A stretch of DNA of 64,000 nucleotides. It comes from Adineta vaga. Lineage: Eukaryota; Animalia; Rotifera. The position numbers were made by a program, and so were the translations under genes. Positions 31,127 through 47,100 of this stretch are shown piece after piece; position 1 is the first letter of the stretch, and every line of letters begins with the position of its first letter. The stretch covers positions 5,952,001-6,016,000 of the forward strand of contig CP075493.1 in NCBI GenBank assembly GCA_021613535.1, written 5' to 3'. The notes beneath the pieces are model-generated. The model was not told the origin of the DNA. It saw nothing but the letters and a program-made list of their open reading frames with translations, and did no database searches.

Positions 31127-34100
31127 ATGCATTCCCAGTGTTGGATGTTTTTGATTATGATTATTTACATCAACGCCAATGAAGAAAACGAACCAATTAT
31201 ACTACATATTGGCGCTTTGTTTGATCATGAAAATCCATTGATAAATCATGGTCAGAAAGATTTACATGCTGCTGAAATGGCTGTCAAAGAAATCAATACA
31301 CGTTCTCACGAACTATTCAATGGTCGATACATCTTAAAATTAGTATCGAATAATTCAAAAGTATATGAGAGAATTGATAAAATATCGTATTAATAATGAT
31401 TTCCTTCTTCAGTGTGATCCAGTGTACGCTATTGATGCATTCTTTCATGCAATATTTCGTGGTCATCAATTATTATTTCTTATTGGAACATCCTGTTCAT
31501 CTGAGACAAAAGCCGTAGTTGAAGTAGCTGATCATTATAAGCTTATTCTTGTGAGTAGCATCTTTCAATTTAATTGACAAACATCCGTTTGATTTCATAA
31601 CGGAAATGATTGTATATATCTAATCTAGTTTTCCCATTCGACTTCGTTTATTTCACAAGTAAATCAAACCTATTCAACACTTGTTCGTCTTTCAATATCA
31701 GATGAAAACTATAATGATGCACGTGTTGCTTTCATTCAAGCTAATAATTGGTCTCGGGTTGCTATTATTCATCAAGATTCAATTGAACATTCTCTTGTAA
31801 CAAAATTCAATAATTTAGAAACCTTTTCTAATTTCCTTTTCTAATTCTTTTAAAGATGATGGCTAAATTAGCTAAACGTTTAAATGAATCGAATATTGAA
31901 GTTATACTTACGCAAAGTGCTTCAACAGCTAATTTAACATCAGCACTTGAAACTCTTCAAGTAGAATCAATCCTTTTTTTTCCATCGGAAATTCCTTTTA
32001 ATCAATATTCTTTGTCTTAGGAGAGAAAAGCTCGAATTGTTTTTGTTAATTTTGATATTCCTTCACGTGCGATTTTCTTCTGTGAAGTTTATCGAACATT
32101 TTCGAAACAATTACGTGAACGTTATGTATGGATTTTAACTGGAAGTGATTATCATCTATGGAATTTTTCAATAAATATTTGCACAGAAAAAGAAATTATC
32201 GATGCAGCTCATAGTCATATTATTGTTGACAGTTCCTATGAAATAAAGTCAAGTTCAATTAATCCAAAGATGGTTCGTTTACTACAACGACATAAAAAAG
32301 AAGAGAAAAAAAAGGAATGTTTACTTCTTTAGACGTCACAACAATTAGAGGAACAAGTTCAATCGAATGATCATCTTGATAGACAAACATTGCATGTGTA
32401 TGATGCTGTCTGGGTTATTGCATTATTGATACAAAGGTCAATGGAACGAAAGTAAATATAATAGAAAGAATTTGAAAGATTAGATTTTGTATTTATTTTT
32501 AGTATATCAATTGAAGAATTTACGTATGAAAGAGCGGATATAAGAGATCAATGGTTAGGTTTATTGGAGGAAATCTATTTTATCGGAGTTTCGGTGAATT
32601 AATCAGTAATAGAGAAGAAAATTTCGAATGAATACGATTCTTTTTAGGGTCCTGTATCCTTTCGAAATCGTCATCGTCGAGCAGAAACTCTCATTAGTCA
32701 ATTTCGAACTAATTCAACCGGACAATATATCAAAACAATCGCGGAATATTCTCGTTCGATAGGATTGAAAATGAATTGTTCAACTTGTCGACAATTGATA
32801 TGGCCAAGTAAGATTAAAGAAACGAAATCGTAAAAAAGAATCTAACGATTAACTTAGGTTCTATTCCTGTTGATCGACAACGAACTGAGATTCATCGACT
32901 TGTCTTGAATATAATTGAAATTGCATTAATAACAACAAGTTGTATACTTGGTCTTGCATTAGCAATCTTCTTTTTAACATTTAACATAATTTATCGTCAT
33001 CAACGGTAATTTAATTGTAGAATAAAAATGAAACGATTTGTTCTTGCTATTGCAGCGAATTCTTTTTGTGTTGATATAGCAAGAAAAAAGCTCTTTAGTT
33101 CATTGAGTATCTATTAAAAGAAGATTAGTGTCAGCAATTATCCGACTTGGCATTTTTATGTTCGAAGATCGACCTAGATGAGAAAATACAGGGCAATCAA
33201 CAACTCATCTCTTCTAAATCGGATATTAGTTGTGATTGAGAAGACTATTGTTCTTTCGAAGCATAGTAATTCCCTTAAAGAGTTCATTTTGTTTTCTAAA
33301 TTGATTCTATAAAATTTCATCTCAGTCTTCCTCATTGTTTTTATTATATTATATGTATAATGACAAAAAATAACAAAACATTTTGTATGTTTTAAGTTAT
33401 ATTAAATTATCAAGTCCAAAATTAAATAATGTGATGGTTCTTGGTGCCATACATATCCATATTTCAATTCTTCTCTTTGCTTTTGATGAATGGTTTCTTG
33501 TTCATCATTTATTCGAACGCGCATGCATGGTAAACGAATGAATCTTTCTTTTGAAATCATATTTCATTTATAATTCTAGTTACGAATTTTTCTATTCTCT
33601 GGTGGTTTTTCTTTACTATTTGGTTCGATGTTTTTAAAAACTTTACGTGTACATTGTATATTTACATCACGTGATCGACCGATACTTCAATCTAAGGTAA
33701 GTTAGTTTTTTTCTCGAGTAAAAGAAAAACTTGTGACAATATAATCCAATGTTCGATTTTCTTCATAGTTACTTCAAGATCATCATCTTCTATTAGTATG
33801 TTTATATCTCTACATTATTGATCTAATATTTGCTATATTTTGGCAAATATTTGATCCTAATTCAGTGCAATTCACATATGAAACGGTAGTAATGAAGAAG
33901 AAGGGGGAAAAGAAGCTTTTCCCTATAATGAAAATTGATTTTTGTTTTCTTTCCTATTTATTTAGACGAAAGGAGTGAATATGGATGTAATTGTTTTAAA
34001 TGAAATCTATTATTGTGATTCACGATATCGACATAAAATTATTTCATTTATCTATTTATATAAATCTTTATTTCTTGTTTTGGGTGGTTATTTAGCTGCT

Positions 34101-35194
34101 AAAACACGTCATGTACATGTACCTGCTTTAAATGATTCAAAATTTATTGTTTGGAGTATTTATATTGTTGTATTAACAAGTTTATTTACGGTTATTGTTA
34201 TGATTTCAATGAAAAATTTACGAATCTATGTAGCCATATGTTTAGTTGTGGTACTCATGACAAGTTCAATCTTATGTTTGATTTTCTTACCTAAAGTAAA
34301 TGAGAGAGATACACAAGTGGTTTTCGTTAAGATTATTTTCCATTGATTTAGGTCATTCGATTGAAAAATCCAGATAGAGGATCACATGATGTCGTTTCAA
34401 AAGATTTAGTTGTCGATGTTTCACGAACAAGACGATTGGTAGTAAAAACAAGCTATTTTGAAAGTTATCGATATGCACAATTACAAAATCGAGAATTGAA
34501 AGCAGAATTAATTCGAGTAAGATTATACTTCTCATGACTAAAACTTAGACTATACATCACACTGATCTAACACTTTTCATCTCTTTTTATTGAACTATGA
34601 AGTGTCACATGATGACCTTTTGTTTTTCTTACCATAGTTAAATAATATTTTAAATGGACTTGAACAAAAATTGGAACCTGTAACATCATCTGTAGCTATG
34701 GCTCTTTTTCCGCTTGCTGTACGTTTAGCAACATCATTTACATATAAACCTAAAACTCCGTATGTGAATCGAATAATATAGACGAATTCTTCTCTATCAT
34801 TTATTTTCAATTTAGACCAGCGATTAAATCGACAAATAATGAAACAAAGACTAATTCATTGGAACCTTCAATTGAACATGTCAGTTTACTACAACATCAT
34901 TCATTTGAATCCAATACTGATCTATTTAATTTTGATCAAATATTAACACCATCACCTTCATCTTCGGAATTAAATCTTTCAACAATAACACAAACATTCG
35001 AAGATACAAGTTCATTATTATTAAGTGTTTTAGATAATCAAGAATATGACACAACTGATGATGACACTAGTCTATCAATAACACCAAGTCAAACAATTAG
35101 TGATAATGAATCGGTGCTTTATTCACGTTTATCAGATGAATTGACTATCTATCCAGCAACACTGGATAGTGATTTAGAAAGAATAGATCGATAA
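31127..35194 (+). CDS. Class C GPCR, GABA-B receptor-like
   Basis: Signal peptide, LHIGALF Venus-flytrap start, YDAVWVIAL, IKLSSPKLNNVM, TRHVHVPALNDSK, LCLIFLPKV, C-terminal coiled coil LQNRELKAEL. Confidence 0.88.
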
Positions 35195-35679
35195 TCGTCT
35201 CGTTAATTTTTTTCAAATCAATTAGAATAAAGAATATATTTTTATGTGTTTGTGCTTTAATACTTATATTTTAAAAAATGATGGATACAAATAAATATTT
35301 TCAATGGCACAAGAACTAACTACAGCATTTTTGTCTTATCTACTATAATCATCCATTGATTAGTATCAAATCGATACAACACTCACACTATTTTGTCATT
35401 ATATTCTTTAAAGTACTTTATCATAGAATAGCGACATCCGTTGACGCAATACTTGACTGACAATTTTTTTTGCCAATCTTTTTCTATGTCTTCCGATTTC
35501 AATTCAAACATATCAAGTAGATACTTTCAATCAATTAAATCTTTCACAATAACATTTAAATGACATCATCTATGTTTACTTATGTAAAACAAAAGCTCTA
35601 TATATTACCTAAATACTTCGTATCGTTTAGATTTTCTTAGATTAGATCGAATAAATAATTTTAGTAATTTATCTCTTCC

Positions 35680-37122
35680 ATGTGTCCTCGACGCGATAAT
35701 ATCAATACTAAAACAACTTCATCTAAACGTGATGAACGTGAAACTCGTCAACAAGAAAAGAAATCTCGCGAGAAGAAAACTTATTTGAAAAAAGATGAAA
35801 ATGCTGGTGCATTCAATGCACAATTACGAACATTTAATTTGCAATTGAGAGATATTATCGGTGATGGAAATTGTCTATTTCGAAGTTGTAAGTTAGATAT
35901 TGATTTTTGTCTTTCTTTTAACAAGAAATCTGGTTTTGTGAATAGTTGCAGATCAATTAGATGGTGATCAACATCGACACGCTTATTATCGAGAGAAGAT
36001 TTGTGATTTTATGCGTACAAATCGAGTCGATTTCGAACCATTTATTGTTGATCAACCATTCGATTCATTTCTTCGTTCACTTTCGAAAAATGGAACATTT
36101 GGAGGAAATGAATGTATTGTAGCATTTTCACGTCTTTTCGATACAAAAATATGTATACATCAGGTAATTATTTATTGAAAAACGATTTAGTAGAATATCT
36201 TTCAAATAACACAATTAAATTTTGTCAAGTTGAGTGAATTGTAGTACATCTCGTTGTTTATAGTATTTATAGAAGTATTTCGTTATTCATTTAGTTAAAT
36301 CAACCTGTTTGGATTGTATGTTTCTCTGACCGGCCTCAACATGAAATTCATATCTCCTATCATAATTATGAACATTATTCTTCAGTCAGAAAACTAGGTG
36401 ATACTACAACTGCATCAGCAAACGTTCGTCAGACAATGACAACATGTAATCCAACGATTTTAAATGAAAAAAAGAAAACAACTACAAATGACAGCAGCCT
36501 TGGTGCATGTGCGATGGATCCTGAAGAATTATTTAGCGAACATGATGTTGAATTTATTCTTTCGCAATTAACTACTCCTGTAGATCGACAATTAATTCAT
36601 GATACATTAACTGATAATCATGGTGATATTGATGGTACAATTGCTTATTTACTTGCTTTAGATATACCATCAACACCTCCATCAACGATTTCTAACGAAT
36701 CTATGGAAAAAATAATGTCAATCACAGGAATTTCAGATGTCGATTTAATTCAAGAATCATATGCTTATCATAATCTTGATATAGAATCAACTATTGAAGC
36801 ATTACTTAAACTAACAACAGATGATAAAGAAAATGTTGATGATAAAAATAAACAAGTGGTCTCAGAGGAAGAAGAAGAAGAAGAAACTACGAAAAAAACA
36901 ACTACTATACCAAAATCAAAATCTCGAGTCGTATCGGGTCGTCAAGTCAAAATCGATAAGAAAAAAGCGAAAAAACAACGCGCTACTGAAAAACATCAAG
37001 CAGAAATTGCCGCTTCCTCTGGGAAAATATCATCAAAACAAGTCGAAGCTAAAGTTGATCCAACGGACAATAATCAACAAGAAAATGTACTACCAGCTAA
37101 TATGGAATTTATCAGTATATAA
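35680..37122 (+). CDS. OTUD3: OTU deubiquitinase with CUE/UBA-like domains (OTUD3-like)
   Basis: IIGDGNCLFR, GTFGGNECIVAF, IHISYHNYEHYSSVR; two CUE-like segments; basic KKKAKKQR tail. Confidence 0.85.
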
Positions 37123-38133
37123 TTATTGTGATATCATAACTGAGATTTATTTTTGTATTGTAAAGTTGTTTTCTCTTGTTTGATAAATAATCATCGATGA
37201 AAAATTTCGAAATAAAGATTATTTATTTTTCAAAAACAATAGAAGATTTATAGATTATTCGACTCATCACTAATTGTAGGTTTTTTGATTGAACGGTTAG
37301 TCAATCAACAAAAAGAATCAATGATGAATGACTTTCACCCTCTCATTTAACTTCAATAAAAACGATAAGATGTCGATCTGATTTGTCATGACACGTTTCA
37401 ACTTAGTGTCATAGAGAGGTCAGTCTTACACACGCTCTTATGATCCACTTAAATTGCAATCATTTCATTAATAATGAACTATATTATATTCTATACTTTA
37501 CTATCCACTTCAAAAAATAATTACAGTCCAGTAATTAACTTCGATGGTAGGGACGATTCAAGTGCAAACAATTGCTACGTTTTTTTATCCTTCTTTGACA
37601 TTCATTCTATTCATTCCATTAGCATCGATTCTCAACAATAAAAATTTTTTTTTCAATAGTTCAAGGTGAATTCAAATTACTTTTTTTTGCGTTCTTCGAG
37701 AAAGTTCAATTAATCATGATTGATGCTCGTTCCAGTCATCGACAATGGACAACAACAACAAAAAAAAGAAAAGACATTCATTTCAACAATTGATCATAAT
37801 CTCTTTTTCTTTTCTGTTCGTTCATTCATTCTTTACTCCCATTCAGTTGACCTAGTAAACGAACACCTGTTACCCTTCATAGTGATATACACATTAGCGC
37901 TCTCTATCGTCGTGTCAAATGTTTACCTGAATGAATAAAGGTAAATGTCATTCAACAATGAAAGTTGACCGATAGTTATTTTACCTGAAGTGAGTCATTC
38001 ACCGCAGACAAACGTTCTTCAAATATTTTAACGGTCAAAAGATCGTTGGATTGAATTTTCTTGTGAAAAGAAAAAAAAGAAAGTCGTACGCAAGTTTTTT
38101 ACGAGTGTGCTCGAAGCCATTCAACTGTAATGC

Positions 38134-41100
38134 ATGGCGTCGTTGCATCTCGTTATCATTCTATTTTCATTGGCTCTATATCAAACTACTATTTTACCAA
38201 ATCTTGTTGGTGATATTCTATTAACGCGTCTTGAAAGTCCATATGATTCAACAGGAGATGCCGTTATTCCATTTGGTTCAACAGTTACAATTGAAAGTGG
38301 AACTACGTTACGATTTTCACGTGGTTCACAACTTATTGTTCGTGGAACACTCTTAGCAAAAGTAAAATATTTTAATGATAAATTATTGAATATCAATGTA
38401 ACTATTTCTTAGGGTACACCTGATCGACGAATTGTATTCACTAGTTCAACAAGTGCACTCTATCAAAATCAACAACAATTTCATCGAACATCAGGCGCTA
38501 ATATACGATTTCGTCTTGTTGATGGTTCAAATATTCAAAATGGTCTCTTACAAATGTACTTCAAAAATCGATGGCGTTATGTTTGTACCGAATTTTATCG
38601 GTAAGAATATTCCTCAAAAGATTTTTCATGTAATAACAGTCGTTTGTCTTCTATTTTATAAAGATGGTTCGATTATGATGCAACATTATCATGTCGCATG
38701 ATGGGTTTTCGAAATGGAAGTGTTATACCATATCGTGTTAATGGCAGTGAAGCACCTTGGTATGGTTTACAGATTGATCATCCAGCATGTCGACCCAATG
38801 TGGATGAACATGTACTTGATTGTCCTGGTGTTCGTGTTCCACCACAACTTGGCATTCAAATTTGTGGTAAATAGTAGTTTTTGTAGACTAAGGGAAAAAA
38901 TTCTGATCTTCTAGCTACTAACTTAAACTATATATTCACGATTAATATCTTTCGAACACAGCAGGAGTTGTCACATATATATTCATTTGTTGATGAGTTT
39001 GATAAGTATGTTTATTTTGAAATGAAATCAGTGATGTTGAGTGTCTCGAAGATATTCATGGAATTTCTAGGGCATCTGATTGATTGCATCGAAGGACTTT
39101 GTGACGTAATTATTTTTTATGATGAGTCATCGAGAATGGAAAAAAAGAGAGAAAAAGATGAATTTTCGTGTTCTTATGTACATTGAAATCATTGACATAC
39201 AGATCTTCTTGACATATCATTCAGCTTTTGAGTTCAAGGTCAATTCAAATTTCGAAACAACCTGCTCATTTACAATAAACGTATCGTTTAAGAAAAGGCT
39301 AAAATGAACATATACTATCCAAATAATGAAAGACGAATTTGTGACAAAAACTGTTCTAGCTTATATACTCTTCTTCTTCTTCTACTTTTATTTTTAATTA
39401 CTCTAGATCAATTAATTCCGTAAGAAAATTAATCATGCACTATCTAATTTCTACTATGTTTGTTGCTTGCACGCTTTTTCTCCTTTTGCTTCTACTTGCT
39501 TTCATTGTTGCATTGCACGGCTTATGTTGATTTGTTTATTGTAATTCTTTTTATTTTCACTAAAAAAATCAATCAATTTAGACCATAAACAATATGTTCG
39601 TCTGCAATGTGATGGTTTCTATGATCCATTAACTGTTTTGAATTGGGGTGGAATTGTATTTGAACAAAAATTTTCATCGATTAAATTAAGTGATATACCA
39701 GAAATATCAGATACAGCTTCACCATTATATAATGATCTTCATCAACGACAATCCATACTTAATTATGTTGATATTCTTCATGCTGGTCTACGACCAGAAT
39801 TAACAATAAGATCTTATGCGGAACGTTATGCAGCGTTAACAGTATTCGATAATTTAATTAATCCAATATTCGATAATATTACAGTACTTTATTCTGCATC
39901 AGGTGGAATGAACTTTTCCAATGTTGGAAGTTCAATAAAACTAAAAAATTCTGTATCTGCTTATAATCGAGGTATGAAGAGATTGATTTATTCTTATAGG
40001 TATATAAATTTCATTCCATGCTTCTAGGACATGGACTTGCGGTAACTAGTCGATATGGTAATGTAACATTAGAAAATGTTCATATCTATGATAATGGTGG
40101 TGATGGTGTACATTATGCAATGAATAATACGGAATGGTCTCCACGAGAACAAGAAGAAAGTCCAAAACGTTTGTATAAATCATTTTGTGAGACAGCTAAT
40201 ACAGTAGAATTTCCAAGCTATTTTACATACCGACCGCCAGCAGCTGGAACATGTTGTACACAGGTAACGAATGATGATTATTTTGTAAAAAGAAAACTAA
40301 TTTAAGTTTTTTAATTTCTATTTAGGCCTTTTCATCATTGTATAATACACGTTTAACTGTTCATTTTCAATCAGTATTTCTTGGTGATTCTCGTACACGT
40401 TATCGTATTGAATTATACAATGGTCAATTTGATATGATGCCTTTGTTAGCAAATATAACATTTAATCGAACATTAGAAAGTTTATCATCAGCTTCGAATG
40501 AGTTACTTGTAAGGTTATGTCATTCATGTGATGATGTACGAAGTTTATCATGCTGGAATCAATCCGATCGAATACAACTTTATGTTGTCAATGATGATGG
40601 TCGTGATGCTGATATGCATATATGGAATAGTCGTATTGTTAATAACTCATTAAATGGTGTTCGAATTGTGAATTTACGTAGTCTTATTGAAATTAATCAA
40701 ACAATCATCAATCATAATCAACGTCATGGTCTCGATATTGATTCAGGAGCAGGTTAGTTTTATTTTTTCTCTCTATATTTATTGTTTATTTTTTCTGTGA
40801 TTATTTAGGTGCTCTATGGACATATCATTCGAAATTTAATTCCAATGGTGAAGATGGTATTCATATGATCTATGATGGCGGTGAACGTCGAATATTTTAT
40901 TCGGATATTTCGTTCAATAATCAACATGGCCTATCTATTCGTCCGGATTCTGCACCAACTGGTTTTATATTATCTTCTCTTGATGTTCCAACATTCGCTT
41001 GCCGTCAACTGACATTTATCAATGGATCATCAATACGTTCCAATGGTTTCTATGGTTTATGGCATCGTGCAACATGTCATCCTTCATTATTTTATATCAA

Positions 41101-44100
41101 TGGCTCCTTATTTGAACGTTCCATCTACGATGCAATACGATTCGATTCTTGTCAACATGAATGGCGTCCACAAAAAGTCATCGATTATCAATTTCGTAGT
41201 CCATTAGTTCCATTAAATAGTTTATTACCACCTCCTCCACCACCCAGTATTATCTATCAAGCACCTATTGGTGTCTATCCCGATTATCCACCATGGATAC
41301 CGATAGCATTATTATATGCGAATGAAACTGGAAATACGATTATTAATATAACATGGAACCGATTTTTAAATAATAAACTTGTTGGTTTAAGATTTAATCC
41401 TATACAAAATGTTCTCGGTGATATTGCTAATAATTCATTTATTGGACATGAAAATGGTGCTTTATTAATTGTGGGAAATCAATCAAATTGGATTGAAGAT
41501 GTTTATTTACGAAATGTTACTTTGAGAATACTATTTAATAATTTTACAAATAATTTTGGAAAGAATTTTATTGTTTCACTTGATTTGAATGAATTATCAC
41601 CCTATCAAACAATATTATTTATGTACAATCGTTTGATTAATAATAATATAACATCGAAAATCAGTCAATTTTTGAATGCACGTTCACGAATGCCAGGTGT
41701 TTTAACAATTGGTTCGAGTCATATTCGAATAACAAGAAATGTATTTGGAAATAATCAAAGTCAATATGAAATTGTTAGTCAATTGACTAATTCAAGTGCA
41801 ATTATTAAAGCAGATATGAATTTTTTTACTTCTATCTATCCACCACCAAGTACATTAACACGAATACCACTTAGCCCATATGAAAGAAATCAACATGTTC
41901 AAAATGCTGTACATAATTATCAATTGTATCAACGTCAAGAAATCCCCTTACGACAACTCTCACCGATCCATCGTATTCTTCATAATCGTACACGTCGTCA
42001 ACAACAAATGCAAGTTCAATCTATTCCTCAAATCAGTTATACTTATCTTACTGAACCTTACGATCTTCGTACGGATTTCTTTCCACAAGATTCTGTTTTT
42101 CAACGTCCTTATGCGCCGCCTCAAACTGTTCAATATTATCCTCCGGAATCTCAACAAGAAATCTTATCTGTTCCATCAATCAATAAATCCATTCTTCTTT
42201 CATCTATAAATAATGATTGGGCATATTATGCTTCACCAGCATCACCAACTCCATACTTCTTCTCATTGTACTATGATCGACCGGAATTATGTTTCTCACA
42301 ATGGCCAAAAATACGTGAACGAATATTTGATCAACATAATAGATCTAATCTAGCATCCATTGTTTGGTATCCATTTTTATGTAGTGATCGAAATTTAACA
42401 ACAGAAATCTGGCGTTGTCAATTGCCAAATTGTGGTTTTGAAACTACAAGCTTTCGTATTGATCCGACAGCATCAACGATTGGTGGAATAATAGATATGG
42501 ATTATAATCTTTCGCCAGGTCGTTATATAGTAACAAATGATATTTTAATTAAGCCAGATAAACGTTTAACAATTCAAAGTAGTCAATTAGAATTTTTGAA
42601 TGGTATTGGCATGTTTGTTTATGGAGAATTAATCATTCAAGGTGTTGATGGTTCGCCAACACGTTTAAATTTATTCGAAAATAAAACATCAACAAGTATT
42701 TTAGTTAATCAACAAAAACAACAAGAACAAAGTCAACGTAATGTTATGTTAATCGATGGTGCAAGTATCTATGAAGGTCGATTATATATAACTAGTCTCA
42801 ATGATGGATCAGGTACAGTTTGTAATCATGGTTGGACGAAAGAAAATTCTATGCTTGTTTGTATGTCTATGGGTTTTATTCACGATCCAAATGAATATTT
42901 CTATTCAATTATCAATTCAAATCAAACAATTACCAATGATCCAATCATCTGGAGTGAAGTTGATTGTGATCTATATCAAGATCAAACAATTGAACAATGT
43001 CGAAAAGAAACTGTTCATACATGTGATCATTCCGATGATGTTTGGATTAAATGTTTACCATCCTCATGGGCTGGTGTACATATATATCCAACATATAGTA
43101 AAACTCATATGGAATTTGTTCAATTTGATTCAGCTGGTCAATTTGATGTACATAAAGATGAAATTCATGCTGGTTTACATATTGATCTTCTATCTCATTC
43201 ATCAAATCGTTTGAAAAATTTAACATTCAATGATAATATTATTGGTTTACAAATCAATCATATTCATCCAGCAAATTATGATTATTCTATCATTCATCAT
43301 TCAACATTTAATCATAATTATTTTACTGGTCTTCTACTTCGTTCAAGTTTTTTTAATATGTCACATTGTACATTTACAAATAATTTACATTCGGGAATGA
43401 AATTTGATTCATCATATCCATATCATGAACTTGAACAATTACGAATTAATCTTCTAAAACCACGCGCAACTGTTCATACAATTGATCTATTATATGAACA
43501 ATCGTATGAATTAGAACGAAATAAATTTGCATTTATAACAACAACATTTGGTGGTTATAATTCGGATGATAATATTCTTCTTAATACATTAAATATTCGT
43601 ACAGATCCATCATTTATACTCGTAATTGATCTTATTGATTATAATCCTCTCTCGAATTTAAATGAACAATTATTGATATGTGAAGTTGAATGTCACCAAC
43701 GAATGGGTTTAACACAAAGTTTATCCTATAAAAAATGGTCATTAGCAAATGATCGCGATTTATTTCCATTAATAACATCATATTCAAGTTTACAATTACA
43801 TTATCGTCTCTATCGATATCGATCCAGTCGTTTGACATTCATTATTTACAGTATACCAGCACCAATTTTTACTCAAGGAAGATTTCTATCGGATATTTCT
43901 ATACGATTTCATCGTTGTCTTTTTTCATATAATCAGCATGATATTATTTCATATATAAATGATCGAGAGAAAAGTAATAATCAATATGCATTAACAAATC
44001 AATTAAAAACAGATACTGAACGTTTAATTGAACAATTATTAATGGGTCCACGATTGACAAATGATGATCCATCATTGGATATTATCGAAGAAGAACATCG

Positions 44101-47100
44101 AAATATGCGTGAAGAATTTCGACAAGAAAAACTCGAAGATGAACGTTTGAAACGTCGAAGTACAATGATTGATATAAAACGACGTTATAAAAATGCTACT
44201 TTACAAATAAATGAATGTTTATTTGAATTTAATCAAAATCGAAGTATATTAATTGATCATGAATCAAAAAAACATCATGCAAAAAAGACAGAAGAAAATA
44301 TACGAATGTTAATGAATGAAACTATTCAACAAAGAAAACAATTTATACCAATACAATTTACTTGTAGAATTCATAAAACAATTTTTATTAATAATAAACA
44401 AGGTAATTTGCACATTCTAGTTGATGTGAAATATTTTCTTTCTTTTCTAGTACTCAATCTCGATGCTCATCCATTAATATTTTCTGATCGTTTAATTCGT
44501 TTTGAAATTACACAAACAAATTTTACTCATAATCATGATCTACTATTAAATCTAACATTTCCTCGATTATATCCATTTAATCGAACAATTTTCGCTAGTC
44601 TATCTATCTGGCCATATTTTCCAACAAGATCTATTTATACACGTTCACCATTGATCTATTCAATACCATCACATGCTGTTCGAATTTATAAGAATTTTTT
44701 CATTGCAAATGAACAAAGTTCAATTCGTTTAACTGGCTTTCATACATCGTTTAATTTAACACATTCATTATTTGAGAATAATATTAATCATCAAACATCA
44801 TTAATTGATCTTCGTCATATAGAAAAAGATTATCTTCTTGATGGAAATATTTTCTTACGTAATCAAGTACATAATTTACTTTCATTTGATTCCAATGGTC
44901 ATGCACCATTTCATAATGATCTTTTATATCAATCATCAATTATATTCAATCAATTCGTTGATAATAAACCATCATTATTATCAAAATATCCCTATTTACC
45001 ATCATCATGTCTACGTTTAGTTGGTTCACATAATGTTACAATACAAAGAAATCTATTTGAAAATATTCACTATGATTATGAAATAGTAGCGGCACTTGTT
45101 ATTGATACAATCAATACAACATTAGATGCAACTGTTAATTGGTGGGGTTCAGATGTTGGACAAGCTATACAAAATCGTATACTTGATTTTACCAAACGTT
45201 CCGATCATGCCTTTGTTCAATGGAATCCATTTCTTGCTTGTAGAGAATTAACATGTGCACAAATTAAATTACCTATGGAAACAATTCTACAAATGAATCG
45301 ACCATTACGAGGTTTAATTGCAGCAAATACAGTTATTCATCGACGACGAGAACCTTATCTAATCAATGGTGATCTCATTGTTATGCCTGGTGTTAAATTA
45401 ACAATTGAACCTGGTGTTGAACTTCATTTTGCACCGAATACTGGTCTTTTAGTTCTAGGTCATTTAAATGCGACAGGAACACCCAAAGATCCAATTGTAA
45501 TGAGATTAGCTAATAAAAAATTTGTTATGGAACAAATTGCTAATGGACATAATCCATTTCAATATCATTTTACTGATGAAGTTCCATTTGCAAAACATAA
45601 AGTAAGAATGAAATAACGTTTATATTTGAGCATTCTATTTGTGTTTTTTTTTCCAGTACAATCCACTTATTGATCGTCTACAAATTCGTCTTGATATTGG
45701 TCGAACACCTAATGAAGGTTTCCTTCAAATTTATAATTGGACACGTCGTGATTGGTCTTATGTATGTTATGATACATTTCGTCAGATCTTTTCCTATCGT
45801 TTATTATGTCATCAACTTGGTTTACCATGGAAAAATGTTCTTGCACATCCAGATTCATTTTATCTTTTCGATTATCAAAAATTACCACTATGGCAAGAAA
45901 AAATCGATTGTTCAGGAAATGAACCATCGATTTCATCCTGTTCATTTACGAATGAATACAATAGCACATGTACAAAATTATTCTATATTTCATGTTATGA
46001 TGATAATATTCTCTATTCGTTAAATTCAAAATTTCAACCAGAACTTGGTACTAATCTTGGTGGACATACATTACCTGATTCTTCTCCGTACGTATATGAA
46101 TTTTTCACAATAAAATAAATACAAAAAAATATATTTTATTTTCAGAACATACGAAAGTCCACAATCATGGAAAGGTATTCGTTTTGCTAATAGTGAATAT
46201 GAAGAAGATTTATCATCATTGGATTATACAATTCGTGATCAATCATTACTTCGTTATGTTTTAATATCTGAAACGAATGAATATCAACCAGCTATACAAA
46301 CAATCTATCGTACACCAGCAATTGAACGTATTCATATCGAACATAGTCGTCAAGTTGGTTTTGAATTTCTTCTACCGAAACTCTCAGTTCTCTTCGGTTA
46401 TAGTCAAATAACAAATTCATTAGATTTAGCTGTAAATGGTTTAGTTTATTATGGACAATCAACAGATGAGAAATCAACATTTGATCTATTGAATGAACAA
46501 AATATTCATGGACAACCATTTAGTTTACTCAATCTTTGTAATGCACATCGAATTGTCAATGTAAAATATCGTTTGATTACATATTATAAATATGAATATG
46601 ATTATCGAACATGTTCGAAATTATTCTGTTCGAATAATCCTTATAAAATTGGTATCAGATTCTTTCAAGTAAAAAAATCAAGATTTATTTATTTTTCTCG
46701 AAACCTTATGTTTGTCATTTAGGTAAATCTATTGAATAGTACATATCAAAATGATTGGATTGAAATTCATCGTGTACGTAATGATGAAGATGGAAATGAA
46801 AGAAATGATTTATTAGCTTCTTTAACAAATGGTTCAACTGAAACAGCATGGAAACAATTATATAGTGTAGAAAAAGGTTGTTTAAGAGTAACCATACATG
46901 CTTCAAGTGGAAGTCAAATGCATGGTTTTATGGGTGAAATTACACTTTTTCCAGTCACACCATTCTGTAAGTGAAGAAACAAAATGAAGGTTTTGCGGAT
47001 CAAAAGAAATCTCTTCTTTTAGCTACACAAGAAATTGTTCATCAAATATCGGATAATGTTTTCTTGGGTAATCAGCAAGGTGTATTGAGATATATGTCTG

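Noticed and set aside
33194-33267. Two small hairpins in the long GABA-B-like intron (miRNA/snoRNA?)
   Set aside because: Short imperfect AT-rich stems with no recognisable boxes or known mature sequence
40865-45616. 1583-aa ORF as a stand-alone or horizontally acquired beta-helix gene
   Set aside because: It is internal exon sequence of the bark-like gene and probably reads through a 48-nt in-frame intron (44403-44450)
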